Part shown: piece after piece, positions 42,881 through 53,805 of the stretch
Layout of the letters: each line of letters starts with the position of its first letter
Position numbering within the stretch: the stretch's first letter is position 1
Assembly: GCA_047630475.1 (NCBI GenBank)
Contig: JBLHXX010000004.1
Coordinates: 11,374-75,373, forward strand
Direction: 5' to 3'
DNA: 64,000 nucleotides
Source of the DNA: Celeribacter sp.
Lineage (GTDB): Bacteria; Pseudomonadota; Alphaproteobacteria; Rhodobacterales; Rhodobacteraceae
Made by a program: the position numbers and the translations under genes
The notes under the pieces: model-generated
Told to the model about the DNA's origin: nothing
The model's database searches: none
Seen by the model: the letters and a program-made list of their open reading frames with translations, nothing else

Positions 42881-43020
42881 GAGAATACCATCGCACATCA
42901 GCTGCCGGAATGTTCTCACCTGTTGACCTCCCTGAGGCGTAGGTGTGCCGCAAGAGAGGTCAGTAGGCGTCAGATCAGACACTGTATCAATACAGGTTGA
43001 GTTCCGCTTTGCACACTGAC

Positions 43021-44646
43021 TTAGGTCACGACATCAGGCGCTGTGCGCCCTGAGAACGCTTCGATTTGGATGATGGTGTGAGCGGCGGCAAGCACCTCAG
43101 CCAAGGCTTCTTGTGGGTCTTGATCAAAGGCATTTAGATCAAGTTTTTCAGCGTATAGACGCAACGTGGCACCACTGGTGCCCGTGCCAGACAGGCGCAC
43201 GACAAAACGCGCGCCGCCTTTGAACACAACTCGCACACCTTGGTGCGCAGATGTGCTGCCATCAACTGGGTCAAGATACGAATAATCATCAGCGTTCTCA
43301 ACGGTGAGCGCGCCAAAAGATTGCCCAACAAGGCCTGTCAGCGCACTGCGCAGGGCCGTGATCATCGCATCGGCTTTGTCGCTTTCAATCGCTTCAAAAT
43401 CGTGACGTGAATAGTAGTTGCGCCCAAATTTGGCCCAATGATCTTGCATGATTTCAGGCACAGATTTTCCGGTGCTTGCCATTATGTTCAACCACATCAA
43501 AACCGCCCAAACGCCGTCCTTTTCACGCACATGGTCCGACCCTGTGCCAAAGCTTTCCTCACCACACAAAGACACACGGCCATCGTCCATCAGGTTACCA
43601 AAAAATTTCCAACCTGTCGGTGTTTCGTAGCACTCAAGCCCAAGCGCATCGGCCACACGGTCAACAGCGGCTGACGTGGGCATGGACCGCGCCACACCTT
43701 TGAGCCCGCTTGCATATCCCGGTGCCACGGTGGCATTGGCGGCGATCACCGCAAGGCTGTCAGAGGGGCTGACATAGCAATTAGGGCCTACGATCATATT
43801 GCGATCGCCATCGCCGTCTGAGGCACAGCCAAAGGCAGGGGCATTGTCACCCATCATTTCCGCCATCAATTCATGCGCCCAAGTGGGATTGGGATCGGGA
43901 TGCATACCGCCAAAATCAGGCAAAGGCGTGCCATGAACGACAGAGCCTTTGGTGGCCCCAAGCAGGTCTTCGAGAATGGCCTTAGCATAGGGGCCTGTGA
44001 TCGCGTTCATTGCGTCGAACCGAATGGCCGTGCCCCCCGCGATCATTTTACGAATAGCGGGGAAATCAAACAAGGTTTGCATGAGATCAACATAGGCCGT
44101 GACCGGATCAACGATTTCGATCTGCATGCCGCCCAAAGAACTGGTGCCAATCGCAGAGAGATCAACAGTGCCGCCCTCAAAACTATGATACGCGGTGATC
44201 GTTTTGGTCACACCAAAAATCGCATCTGTGACGCTCTCCGGTGCGGGGCCACCGTTGGGCATGTTGAATTTGATGCCAAAATCTTCGTCAATGCCGCCGG
44301 GATTATGGCTGGCAGACAAAATGATGCCGCCGTCTGTTTTCATCAAGCGGATCAAATGCGATGCGGCAGGTGTGGACAAAAGACCATTTTGCCCCGCGAT
44401 GACCTTGGCCGCTCCATTGGCCGCCGCCATGCGCACAATAATTTCCGTGGCCTTATCGTTGTAAAACCGCCCGTCGCCCCCAACGATCAAGGTCTTGTCT
44501 TGGACACCGCCAATTCCGTCAAAAATAGCCTGAACGAAATTTTCAAGATAGTGATCCCCCATGAACACGCGGGTCTTTTTACGCAGGCCAGATGTACCTG
44601 GTTTTTGGCCTTCAATCGGCGCGGTTTTGATCGTTCTCATGGTCAT
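43021..44646 (-). CDS. pgm: Phosphoglucomutase
   Basis: QKPGTSGLR, SASHNPGG, SDGDGDR, CGEESFG. Confidence 0.97.
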   Translation of the reverse strand: MTMRTIKTAPIEGQKPGTSGLRKKTRVFMGDHYLENFVQAIFDGIGGVQDKTLIVGGDGRFYNDKATEIIVRMAAANGAAKVIAGQNGLLSTPAASHLIRLMKTDGGIILSASHNPGGIDEDFGIKFNMPNGGPAPESVTDAIFGVTKTITAYHSFEGGTVDLSAIGTSSLGGMQIEIVDPVTAYVDLMQTLFDFPAIRKMIAGGTAIRFDAMNAITGPYAKAILEDLLGATKGSVVHGTPLPDFGGMHPDPNPTWAHELMAEMMGDNAPAFGCASDGDGDRNMIVGPNCYVSPSDSLAVIAANATVAPGYASGLKGVARSMPTSAAVDRVADALGLECYETPTGWKFFGNLMDDGRVSLCGEESFGTGSDHVREKDGVWAVLMWLNIMASTGKSVPEIMQDHWAKFGRNYYSRHDFEAIESDKADAMITALRSALTGLVGQSFGALTVENADDYSYLDPVDGSTSAHQGVRVVFKGGARFVVRLSGTGTSGATLRLYAEKLDLNAFDQDPQEALAEVLAAAHTIIQIEAFSGRTAPDVVT

Positions 44647-44658
44647 AATTCTATTCCT

Positions 44659-46788
44659 TTAAGCAGCAGGCATCAGAGCAAATACACAGACAGAAGCGGC
44701 CCGAATGAGCGTGGTCGTGCCAGTAACGCATTGCGCCCCAGCATCAGGTGCGGAGGTGTCGAGGATCAATTCCCACGTCTTATCGCCCGCACATGGAGGC
44801 AACGTGACATCGATATCACCGTTGTTGTTGATCACCAAAAACAACACATCATCAGAGGCGCGATATTCAGGTGTGCCGTAAGATGTGCGCACTTCAGTGC
44901 AGATGGTTTTTGTCTCGGGGCTTTCCCACTCGGCGCGCGTGGGTGGGGTTCCATCAGGCATGCGCCAAAATACATCAGGTTTACCATCTTTCAAACGCGG
45001 ACGCGCATGCAAGAACCGCAATTGACGCAAAACATTATGATCGCGGCGCAATTTTGTGAGCTTTTGTACAAAGGCAAACAATTGCTCATCAGCCTCCGCC
45101 CAATTGACCCAGCCAATAGAATTGTCTTGCCCAAAAGTGTTGTTATTGCCGCATTGCGTGTTGCCAATTTCATCGCCCGCCAAAATCATCGGCGTGCCTT
45201 GCGACAAGAACGAACAGGCTAGGAAATTGCGTTGGCGTTGGGCACGGGCGGCATTGATATCGGGATCATCTGTCTGTCCCTCGACACCCATATTGTCTGA
45301 ATAGTTGTCGTCTTTGCCATCACGGTTGTCTTCACCGTTGGCTTGGTTGTGTTTGATGTCATAGCTGACCGTATCGCGCAGGGTCATCCCGTCGTGACAG
45401 GTGATAAAATTAATCGAACTGGTCGCCGCCCGACCTGAATGATCAAAGGTCATAGCGCTGCCCAACAAACGACGCCCAATAAATGGCATCATCCCCTGAT
45501 CCCCTCGCCAAAACTTGCGCATATCGTCACGAAATTTGTCGTTATACTCTAAAAACGGATGCGGCCAGTTGCCGAGTTGGTATCCACCGGGGCCGATATC
45601 CCACGGCTCTGCGATCAATTTGACTTGGCTCAGTACGGGGTCTTGGCCTAACGAGTCCAGAAATCCACCCTTGCGATTGAACCCTTCGGCTTCGCGCCCC
45701 AAAACAGTGGCCAAATCGAACCGAAACCCGTCCACATGCATGACCTCAACCCAGTATCGCAGGCTATCCATGATCATCCGCAACACCATCGGATGACGCA
45801 CATTCAACGTGTTGCCAGTGCCTGTGTCGTTGATGTAGTGGCGTTCATTTTCAGGCAGGCGGTAATAGGATTTATTGTCCAACCCTTTGAAAGACAAGGT
45901 AGGACCAAATTCATTGCCCTCACCGGAGTGGTTGTACACCACATCCAAAATCACCTCGATGCCAGCGGAATGAAACCGCCGAACCATGGTTTGAAATTCC
46001 CAAATGCCCTCTTGGGTCATATAGCGGGGCTCTGGCGCAAAGAATCCTATCGATTGATAGCCCCAATAGTTGGTCAGTCCGGCTTCGAGTAAAAATTTAT
46101 CATCCAAAAACGCATGCACAGGCATCAATTGCACCGTGGTGATGCCAAGCTTGGTCAGATGTTCCAACACTGGTTCGGACGACATGCCAAGATATTTACC
46201 CCGTTGTGCGGTTTCCAAATCGGGGAATTCAGCCGTCATGCCTTTGACATGCGCCTCATAAATAACCGTGTCCGATGACGAAATATCAGGGTGTCGATCC
46301 CTGCCCCAGTGAAAACTTGGGTCCACCACAACACTGCGCTGCACATAGGGCGCGGAATCGCGTGTGTCGAAACTCAAGTCTTTGTCCTTTGCGCCAATCG
46401 TGTAGCCCATGATCGCGTCGTTCCACACCAAATCGCCAGACAAGCGCTTGGCATAAGGATCAAGCAGCAATTTATTGGGGTTAAACCGGTGGCCCTGTTC
46501 AGGCGCATAAAGACCATGTACGCGGTAACCATAACAGGTTCCCGGGCTCAAGCCTGCCACATAAATATGCCAAACATCACCATCACGTTCCAACAAAGGA
46601 ATACGCGCGATCTCGGCCTTGCCATCATCCGAGAACAAACACAGCTCAACCTTTTCCGCATGCTCAGAGAACACCGCGAAATTGACGCCCTGCCCGTCAT
46701 AAGTGGCACCGATCGGATTGGGGCGCCCTGCTGATAATGAATGATTTTTAAGCTTGGCCGGCAGGTCGTGTTTGAGATCAAAGATCAC
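44659..46788 (-). CDS. glgX: Glycogen debranching enzyme
   Basis: NYWGY, DVVYNH, DGFRFDLA, IAEPWD, TCHDG. Confidence 0.96.
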   Translation of the reverse strand: MIFDLKHDLPAKLKNHSLSAGRPNPIGATYDGQGVNFAVFSEHAEKVELCLFSDDGKAEIARIPLLERDGDVWHIYVAGLSPGTCYGYRVHGLYAPEQGHRFNPNKLLLDPYAKRLSGDLVWNDAIMGYTIGAKDKDLSFDTRDSAPYVQRSVVVDPSFHWGRDRHPDISSSDTVIYEAHVKGMTAEFPDLETAQRGKYLGMSSEPVLEHLTKLGITTVQLMPVHAFLDDKFLLEAGLTNYWGYQSIGFFAPEPRYMTQEGIWEFQTMVRRFHSAGIEVILDVVYNHSGEGNEFGPTLSFKGLDNKSYYRLPENERHYINDTGTGNTLNVRHPMVLRMIMDSLRYWVEVMHVDGFRFDLATVLGREAEGFNRKGGFLDSLGQDPVLSQVKLIAEPWDIGPGGYQLGNWPHPFLEYNDKFRDDMRKFWRGDQGMMPFIGRRLLGSAMTFDHSGRAATSSINFITCHDGMTLRDTVSYDIKHNQANGEDNRDGKDDNYSDNMGVEGQTDDPDINAARAQRQRNFLACSFLSQGTPMILAGDEIGNTQCGNNNTFGQDNSIGWVNWAEADEQLFAFVQKLTKLRRDHNVLRQLRFLHARPRLKDGKPDVFWRMPDGTPPTRAEWESPETKTICTEVRTSYGTPEYRASDDVLFLVINNNGDIDVTLPPCAGDKTWELILDTSAPDAGAQCVTGTTTLIRAASVCVFALMPAA

Positions 46789-48215
46789 TTGGCAACTCGT
46801 TCATAAAGGGCGGCATAGGTCGCCGAAGATGCGTCCCAGCCCAAGTTTTGATTCATCCCGCGCTTTTGTAACCGTGTCCAGTCCGATTTGTTTGCAAAAG
46901 CCTTGATCACGCCTCTCAAACAGTGAGTGAATGACATTTGATCAATTGGGTGAAATTGAAATCCAGTTGCGACATCCAATTGAGCCGCCGCCACATTTTG
47001 GTGCACAACAGAATCCGCCAAACCACCCGTGGCCGCAACCACAGGCACAGTGCCATAACGCAGCCCGTAAAGCTGCGTCAGACCACAAGGTTCAAACCGC
47101 GACGGCACCAACACCACATCACCACCGGCAAACATGCGATGCGACAAGGCTTCGTCATAGCCAATGCGCAATCCGACTTTGCCACCGTGATTGCGCGCCA
47201 ACACCCGCAGTGCATCTTCAATTTGCGGATCACCACTGCCCAAAATGGCCAAAGCGCCGCCATTGGCGACGAATTCTTCCGCCGCACCTGCAATCAAGTC
47301 CATGCCTTTTTGTGACGTCAAACGGCTGACGATAATCGCCAGAGGCCCGTCCGTGTTTGACAATCCAAACTCGGCCAAAAGCGCTTTTCGATTGGTCTTT
47401 TTGCCCGCCAAAGATGTCACAGAGTAGGGTGTGATGTCAGGGTCCGTCGCAGGGTTCCAAACGTCCATATCAATGCCATTGAGAACGCCAGACAGATCGC
47501 CAGCACGCGACGCCAACACGCCCTCTAACCCCATGCCAAATTCAGGTCGCATCAGTTCAGCTGCATAGGTGGGACTAACCGTGGTGATCGCGTCGCTGTG
47601 TACCAAGCCCGCTTTCAGCGTGCTGATTTGGCCCCAGTATTCCAATTCATCTGAATTGAATGCGCTCAAAGGCAAATCCAGCGCCCCAAGCATTGCGGCA
47701 GGTGCAAGCCCCTGAAACGCAATGTTATGCACCGTCATCACGGTACCCACATCGCAAGCCGCACCGTATTTCAAATAGGTCGGCACAAGCCCCGCTTGCC
47801 AGTCATGCGCATGCACAACTTGGGGCGTCCAACCGTCACTCAAACCATTGCGGGCAATTTCGGCAGCGACCAATGACAAAGCGGCAAAGCGTTGTGGATT
47901 GTCTGAAAAATCAGTGGGATTACCATATGGCCCGCCTTCGCGATCGTACAAATGTGGCGCGTCCAACAGCAAAATCACATTGCCGGCTGCTTCTCCTTGT
48001 AAGACGCGTGCGGGACCTCCGAATAAGTCATCCGATTGCCATAGCACTTTGCGCGCTGCGGCCTTTTTGATCAGTCCAGGATACGCTGGCAATAGCGTGC
48101 GCATGTCCCATCCGTGAGCCGCAACAGCAGCAGGCAAAGCCCCCGCCACATCCGCAAGCCCCCCCGTTTTCACGAGCGGCACACATTCAGAGGTCACAGA
48201 TAGAACATTGCGCAT
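46785..48215 (-). CDS. glgA: Glycogen synthase
   Basis: KTGGLADV, HAHDWQ, PSRFEPCGLTQL; alternative GTG start at 48224. Confidence 0.97.
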   Translation of the reverse strand: MRNVLSVTSECVPLVKTGGLADVAGALPAAVAAHGWDMRTLLPAYPGLIKKAAARKVLWQSDDLFGGPARVLQGEAAGNVILLLDAPHLYDREGGPYGNPTDFSDNPQRFAALSLVAAEIARNGLSDGWTPQVVHAHDWQAGLVPTYLKYGAACDVGTVMTVHNIAFQGLAPAAMLGALDLPLSAFNSDELEYWGQISTLKAGLVHSDAITTVSPTYAAELMRPEFGMGLEGVLASRAGDLSGVLNGIDMDVWNPATDPDITPYSVTSLAGKKTNRKALLAEFGLSNTDGPLAIIVSRLTSQKGMDLIAGAAEEFVANGGALAILGSGDPQIEDALRVLARNHGGKVGLRIGYDEALSHRMFAGGDVVLVPSRFEPCGLTQLYGLRYGTVPVVAATGGLADSVVHQNVAAAQLDVATGFQFHPIDQMSFTHCLRGVIKAFANKSDWTRLQKRGMNQNLGWDASSATYAALYERVAK

Positions 48216-48220
48216 CTTTA

Positions 48221-49492
48221 TCACTCCAAAACAGAGGCACGTTTATCAAGCATCGTCTGCGTGATCAAAACCGTGCCTTCATCGGTCCTGCGGAACCATT
48301 TTGCATCCTCAACGGGGTCTTGCCCCACAACCAACCCATCCGGAATGATCACGCCACGGTCAACCACACATTTACTGAGCTGCGCTTGGCGGCCCACCTG
48401 AACGTAGGGCAATGCCACCACTTGATCCAGCGATGAAAACGAATGACTGCGCACCCCTGTGAACAACAAGGACTCGCGAATTTCGGACCCCGAGACGATA
48501 CAGCCACCCGAAATCAACGACGACACCGCCATGCCACGACGGTCGTCTTCATCGTGAATGAATTTAGCTGGCGGTACACTTTCTGAATAGGTCCAAATCG
48601 GCCATGTGTTGTCGTATAAATCAAGCGGCGGGGTGAATTGGGTGAGGTCAATATTGGCCTGCCAAAATGCATCAATCGTGCCAACATCGCGCCAATATGG
48701 CTCGACCTCTAGCCCGCTGGTGACACAACTATCCTCGAAACGGTGCGCAATAGCTTTACCGCCTTTGACGATCTGCGGGATGATATCATTGCCAAAATCG
48801 TGGCTCGAATTGGGATCGTTCATGTCCTTGAGCAACAGTTCACGCAAGAAATCCCAACGGAACACATAGATACCCATGGACGCTAACGCATGATCAGGAT
48901 CGCCTGGAATACACGGCGGATCGGCTGGTTTTTCCAAAAATTCCGTGATGCGATCTTTCGCGTCACAATTCATCACACCAAAGGCCGTGGCCTCCATGCG
49001 CGGCACCGTCAGGCACCCAATGGTGACATCGGCCCCTTGATCAAGGTGCTGTTGCAACATGATCTCATAGTCCATTTTATAAATATGATCACCAGCAAGG
49101 ATCACAATAAAATCAACACCGTAGCTGTCAATAATATCGATATTTTGGGTCACAGCATCCGCCGTCCCCAAATACCATTTTTCCTCAGATATCCGTTGCG
49201 ATGCGGGCAGAATGTCCAAAAACTCGTTGCGCTCGGCCCGCAAAAAACCCCAGCCGCGCTGGCAATGGCGGATCAAACTGTGCGCTTTGTATTGCGTTGC
49301 AATCGCCATTTTGCGAATGCCAGAATTGAGCGCATTCGACAAAGCAAAGTCGACAATCCGTGTTTTACCGCCAAAATACACAGCCGGTTTGGCGCGGTTG
49401 TCCGTCAGCTCTTTGAGACGGCTCCCGCGCCCCCCAGCCAGCACAAAAGCCATCGCACGGTTAGACAGTCGTTGGTTCGGTGTCGGTTTCAT
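48221..49492 (-). CDS. glgC: Glucose-1-phosphate adenylyltransferase
   Basis: [31 protein letters not shown]. Confidence 0.98.
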   Translation of the reverse strand: MKPTPNQRLSNRAMAFVLAGGRGSRLKELTDNRAKPAVYFGGKTRIVDFALSNALNSGIRKMAIATQYKAHSLIRHCQRGWGFLRAERNEFLDILPASQRISEEKWYLGTADAVTQNIDIIDSYGVDFIVILAGDHIYKMDYEIMLQQHLDQGADVTIGCLTVPRMEATAFGVMNCDAKDRITEFLEKPADPPCIPGDPDHALASMGIYVFRWDFLRELLLKDMNDPNSSHDFGNDIIPQIVKGGKAIAHRFEDSCVTSGLEVEPYWRDVGTIDAFWQANIDLTQFTPPLDLYDNTWPIWTYSESVPPAKFIHDEDDRRGMAVSSLISGGCIVSGSEIRESLLFTGVRSHSFSSLDQVVALPYVQVGRQAQLSKCVVDRGVIIPDGLVVGQDPVEDAKWFRRTDEGTVLITQTMLDKRASVLE

Positions 49493-51709
49493 TTATGTCT
49501 CCTCCCCTTCAATTAAAATCACGGCCGACAAAGGCGGCAGTGTGAACTCTGCGGATTGAGCTTGGCCCATCCATTCGATCGCTTGGGCGTGGACCCCTCC
49601 CAGATTTCCACGCCCCCCTCCGCCATAAATTTCGGCATCCGTGTTGATCGCTTCGCGCCAAAATCCACCCGCAGGCAGTCCAACGCGGTGGTCTGTGCGC
49701 TCAACAGGCGTCATGTTCAAAATCGTCACCACACGCGGGTCACCGGCCTGTCCGTGGCGCACGTAAACGTAGATGGAATTCTCAACATCAGCGCCCTCGA
49801 TCCAGCCAAAACCGCAGGGGCGCGTATCGTTCACATGCAGCGCAGGCGTGGCGCGGTAAACAGCGTTGAGATCACGCACCAAAGTTTGAACACCCGCATG
49901 CGCGGGCGCGTCTAGCAAATGCCAATCCAAACTTTGGTTGTGGTTCCATTCCGCGCGCTGCGCAAATTCTTGCCCCATGAACAAAAGCTTTTTGCCCGGA
50001 TGGGTCCACATAAAGCCGTAGTAGGCCCGCAGGTTGGCAAATTGTTCCCAATCATTGCCCGGCATCTTGTTAATCATCGAGCCTTTACCATGCACCACTT
50101 CATCATGGCTGATCGGCAAAACAAAGTTTTCCGTATAGGCATAACTGATGGAATGGGTCAGCAAATGATGGTGGTATTTGCGATTGATTGGGTCTTCTTC
50201 CATGTAGCGCAGGGTGTCATTCATCCACCCCATATTCCATTTAAACCCAAACCCAAGCCCACCTTGATCCACGGGTGACGACACCCCCGGAAAGGCGGTG
50301 CTTTCCTCGGCCACGGTCATAATGCCGGGCACTTCGCCGTAGACCAATGTGTTCACGCCTTGCAAAAACGCGATGGCTTCATAGTTCTCGCGCCCACCGT
50401 CTTTATTGGGCACCCATTCACCATCATTGCGCGAATAATCACGGTATAACATGGACGCCACAGCATCTACACGCAACCCATCAAGATGATATTCTTCCAA
50501 CCAATACAGTGCGTTAGACCGCATGTAATTGGCCACCTCGACGCGACCAAAATTATAGATCAACGTGTTCCAATCTTGGTGAAACCCCTCGCGCGGGTCC
50601 CCATGCTCATACAAAGCTGTGCCATCAAACTGGCCAAGACCGTGAATATCACTCGGGAAATGTGCAGGCACCCAGTCGAGTAGAACCCCAAGCCCCTTAG
50701 CATGTGCCGCACTCACGAGCGCGCGAAATTCGTCCGGTGTGCCGTGGCGAATGGTCGGCGCAAACATGCCAATCGGTTGATAACCCCATGACCCATCAAA
50801 GGGATGTTCGGTGATCGGCATCAATTCGATATGCGTGAACCCCATGCCCGACACGTAGTCGACCAGTTGCGTCGCCAATTCAACATAAGACAGCGGACGA
50901 TTACCGTGTTCGCGTTTCCAACTGGCCAGATTGACCTCGTAAATTGAAATGGGCGCGTCAATGTTTTGCACTTCGGCACGTGTGCTCATCCACGCGTCAT
51001 CTGACCATGTATGCCCATCGATGTCGCGCACCACGGACCCCGTTTTTGGGGGATGCTCTGATCCAAAGCCGATCGGATCAGCTTTCAGTGGCAAGTCTTG
51101 TCCATTTGGTCCACGGATTGCATATTTATAGACTTCTCCTGCCCTCAACCCTGGCAAAAAGATTTCCCAAACACCCGAATGACCCAGCTTACGCATGGCA
51201 TGGCGACGAGGATCCCAAGCGTTGAAATCGCCGACGACAGCCACGCGTTCTGCATTTGGGGCCCAGACAGAAAACCGTACGCCTTTTACATCTTGATAAA
51301 TCATCGGCGTGGCGCCCAGCGCATCCCAAACACGGTTCATCGAGCCTTCGCCGATATAGTAAAGATCGTCTGCGGTCAAACTGGGCCCGAACGCATATGG
51401 GTCGTCAAACACCCACGACGTATCCCCAAACTGCGCCTCAATCTTATAGGCGACCTCTTTGGACAAAAGCGCACAAAACAATCCCGGCGCAAACGGCACG
51501 GGCACCATTTCTTTGCGCGTTTTCTGGCCTGTAAGGCACAGGCAGGCATCCGCGTCAGGCACAAAAACATTCAAGGCAAACCCATCGGGATGCGGACGCA
51601 ATCCAAGGTACTGGAACGGATCGTTCAGCCGCGCGTGCACCAAATCTTGCGCGACATCATGTGGCAAAGCGGCAGAAAGATCACGCGTTCGATCACTGGG
51701 GTTTGGCAT
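49493..51709 (-). CDS. glgB: 1,4-alpha-glucan branching enzyme
   Basis: WAPNA, SWGYQ, DGLRVDAVASM, AEEST, SHDEVVHGK. Confidence 0.97.
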   Translation of the reverse strand: MPNPSDRTRDLSAALPHDVAQDLVHARLNDPFQYLGLRPHPDGFALNVFVPDADACLCLTGQKTRKEMVPVPFAPGLFCALLSKEVAYKIEAQFGDTSWVFDDPYAFGPSLTADDLYYIGEGSMNRVWDALGATPMIYQDVKGVRFSVWAPNAERVAVVGDFNAWDPRRHAMRKLGHSGVWEIFLPGLRAGEVYKYAIRGPNGQDLPLKADPIGFGSEHPPKTGSVVRDIDGHTWSDDAWMSTRAEVQNIDAPISIYEVNLASWKREHGNRPLSYVELATQLVDYVSGMGFTHIELMPITEHPFDGSWGYQPIGMFAPTIRHGTPDEFRALVSAAHAKGLGVLLDWVPAHFPSDIHGLGQFDGTALYEHGDPREGFHQDWNTLIYNFGRVEVANYMRSNALYWLEEYHLDGLRVDAVASMLYRDYSRNDGEWVPNKDGGRENYEAIAFLQGVNTLVYGEVPGIMTVAEESTAFPGVSSPVDQGGLGFGFKWNMGWMNDTLRYMEEDPINRKYHHHLLTHSISYAYTENFVLPISHDEVVHGKGSMINKMPGNDWEQFANLRAYYGFMWTHPGKKLLFMGQEFAQRAEWNHNQSLDWHLLDAPAHAGVQTLVRDLNAVYRATPALHVNDTRPCGFGWIEGADVENSIYVYVRHGQAGDPRVVTILNMTPVERTDHRVGLPAGGFWREAINTDAEIYGGGGRGNLGGVHAQAIEWMGQAQSAEFTLPPLSAVILIEGEET

Positions 51710-51870
51710 ATATCAACTGTCTTTCTGTACGTTTCTCTATCGCAGGCACGTCAATGTTGAGGTGCAAAATTACCAGAATACGTCACCTATAGCCACAAGT
51801 ACGATAGAAACGCCCTTAGATTTGTTACTTTGTTGCGCAAATCACAGAACGTCCCTCGCACCGCTTTTCG

Positions 51871-53487
51871 TCATGCAAAGGCCGGAGTATTGTGAGCCGT
51901 CTCGACAAACGCGAAGCCAAAAGCGGGTAAGGTCAGCGACGTCGCCGTAAGCGTTGCGTGACTTTCGCCGACCAATGTCGCCCCTGCACTCAAAGATACC
52001 ACATGTTCAGACTCAGACAGGTTGAAAACGCCAGTCAAAACCGTCCTATTCAAGCTGCGGCTGACAGCAAGCAACGGGTCGGGCAATGATGGAAATACAG
52101 TGTCCCCATAGCGCAGTTCGTCACGCTCTTTGCGAAACGCAAGTGCTGTGCGGTACGCCGCCAACACGCTGTCGGCCCGCGCCTCTTGCGCCGCCACAGA
52201 CCGCGCGATTTGCGGGGCTTTCACAGGCAACCACGGCTCGCCCGTTGAAAAGCCGGCTTGCGCCTCGGAAGCATCCCAAACCATCGGGGTGCGGCATCCA
52301 TCACGGCCTTTGTTGTCAGGCCAAAAGTCGATGTAGCCCAGATCGCGCAGTTCATGGAACTCGATGTCTGTCTCGATTTGCCCCAACTCTTCGCCTTGGT
52401 ACATGCCCAGAGCCCCTGGAAAGCTGATCAACATATTGATCGCTTGGCGTGCCACAGTGTTTTGCAATTCAGGCGTGCTCGCCCAACGCGTCACGTGACG
52501 CTGCACATCATGGTTGGAAAACGACCAGCATGGCCAGCCATCTGGTGCTTTGTTCAAGAACTCCGAAATACAGTTTTTGAAATGATCCGGTGTGTGATCA
52601 TGGCTCAGCATTGCGAAAGAATACGCCATATGCAGTTTGTCACCGCCAGAGGTGTATTCGCCCATGACCTCAACTTGGCGCAGACCATCTTCACCCACTT
52701 CACCAATCAGCATACGGTCATCAAATTCATTCATCAGCCCACGAATGCGACGTAACACATCGATGTTTTCAGGCTGTGTTTTTGAGAACAAATGTGTTTG
52801 TGCCTCATAGGGGTTGCCGGGGAACTGATCCCAATTGGACGCGGGATTGTCGCGCAGTTTTTTGTCGTGCACATAGAAATTCACCGTATCAAGACGGAAT
52901 CCATCCACCCCGCGCTCCAACCAGAACCGCATCGCATCGATCAACGCATCCACAACTTCGGGGTTGTGAAAGTTCAAATCCGGCTGAGAAACCAAAAAGT
53001 TATGCAAATAATATTGACGCCGACGCGCGTCAAACATCCAAGCCGATCCCCCAAAAACAGAGGGCCAGTTTGTGGGCGGCGTGCCGTCTTTTTTCGGATC
53101 GGCCCAAACATACCAATCCGCTTTTGGATTGGTTTTGTCTTTGCGGCTTTCAACAAACCAAGCGTGTTGGTCAGAGGTGTGTGACAAAACCTGATCGATG
53201 ATGACTTTCAAGCCGAGATCATGCGCCTTGGCGACCAGATCATCGAAATCTTCAAGAGTGCCAAACAGCGGATTGACGCTGGTATAATCCGAGACGTCAT
53301 AGCCCATGTCTTTGTCAGGCGAGGTGAAAAACGGCGACAACCAAATCGCGTCGACACCAAGAGACGCAACATAGTCCAGCCTGCGCGTGATCCCTTTCAA
53401 GTCGCCAACACCATCCCCGTTGTCGTCTTGAAACGAGCGTGGGTAAATCTGATAGATTACGGCATCCCGCCACCATTCGCGCATCAT
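51871..53487 (-). CDS. GH13 alpha-glucosidase (AglA-like)
   Basis: WWRDAVIYQIYPRSF, QPDLN, DGFRLDTVN, SNHD, RDGCRTPM. Confidence 0.93.
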   Translation of the reverse strand: MMREWWRDAVIYQIYPRSFQDDNGDGVGDLKGITRRLDYVASLGVDAIWLSPFFTSPDKDMGYDVSDYTSVNPLFGTLEDFDDLVAKAHDLGLKVIIDQVLSHTSDQHAWFVESRKDKTNPKADWYVWADPKKDGTPPTNWPSVFGGSAWMFDARRRQYYLHNFLVSQPDLNFHNPEVVDALIDAMRFWLERGVDGFRLDTVNFYVHDKKLRDNPASNWDQFPGNPYEAQTHLFSKTQPENIDVLRRIRGLMNEFDDRMLIGEVGEDGLRQVEVMGEYTSGGDKLHMAYSFAMLSHDHTPDHFKNCISEFLNKAPDGWPCWSFSNHDVQRHVTRWASTPELQNTVARQAINMLISFPGALGMYQGEELGQIETDIEFHELRDLGYIDFWPDNKGRDGCRTPMVWDASEAQAGFSTGEPWLPVKAPQIARSVAAQEARADSVLAAYRTALAFRKERDELRYGDTVFPSLPDPLLAVSRSLNRTVLTGVFNLSESEHVVSLSAGATLVGESHATLTATSLTLPAFGFAFVETAHNTPAFA

Positions 53488-53544
53488 ATTCTGTCCCTTT
53501 TCAAACGTGTAACAGACGATGTGCTCGCCCCACACGCACCAAAA

Positions 53545-53647
53545 TGTTAGCGCTATCTACACCACGCGCCACGAAACTCAAAAATAAAATCTCCGCCACA
53601 ACAGCTGTCGAAAAACCGTTGCGTGAATCACACTCAAAGCGCTTTTA
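53545..53647. promoter_or_regulatory. Two LacI-type operator-like palindromes upstream of the alpha-glucosidase
   Basis: TAGCGCTA core at 53548-53555 and AAAGCGCTTT at 53636-53645. Confidence 0.6.
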
Positions 53648-53805
53648 AAACGAAGTACAACCCAATTCGATCCACCTGAACACCGAGACCAAACGCATCC
53701 TGCACCTTGATGACACATCACTGACATCACGATCCAACTGGATCATCCGCGCAAAATAGGTAATGGTCCGTATAAATTTCGCAGTTCATCAAAGGACCCA
53801 CCTCC

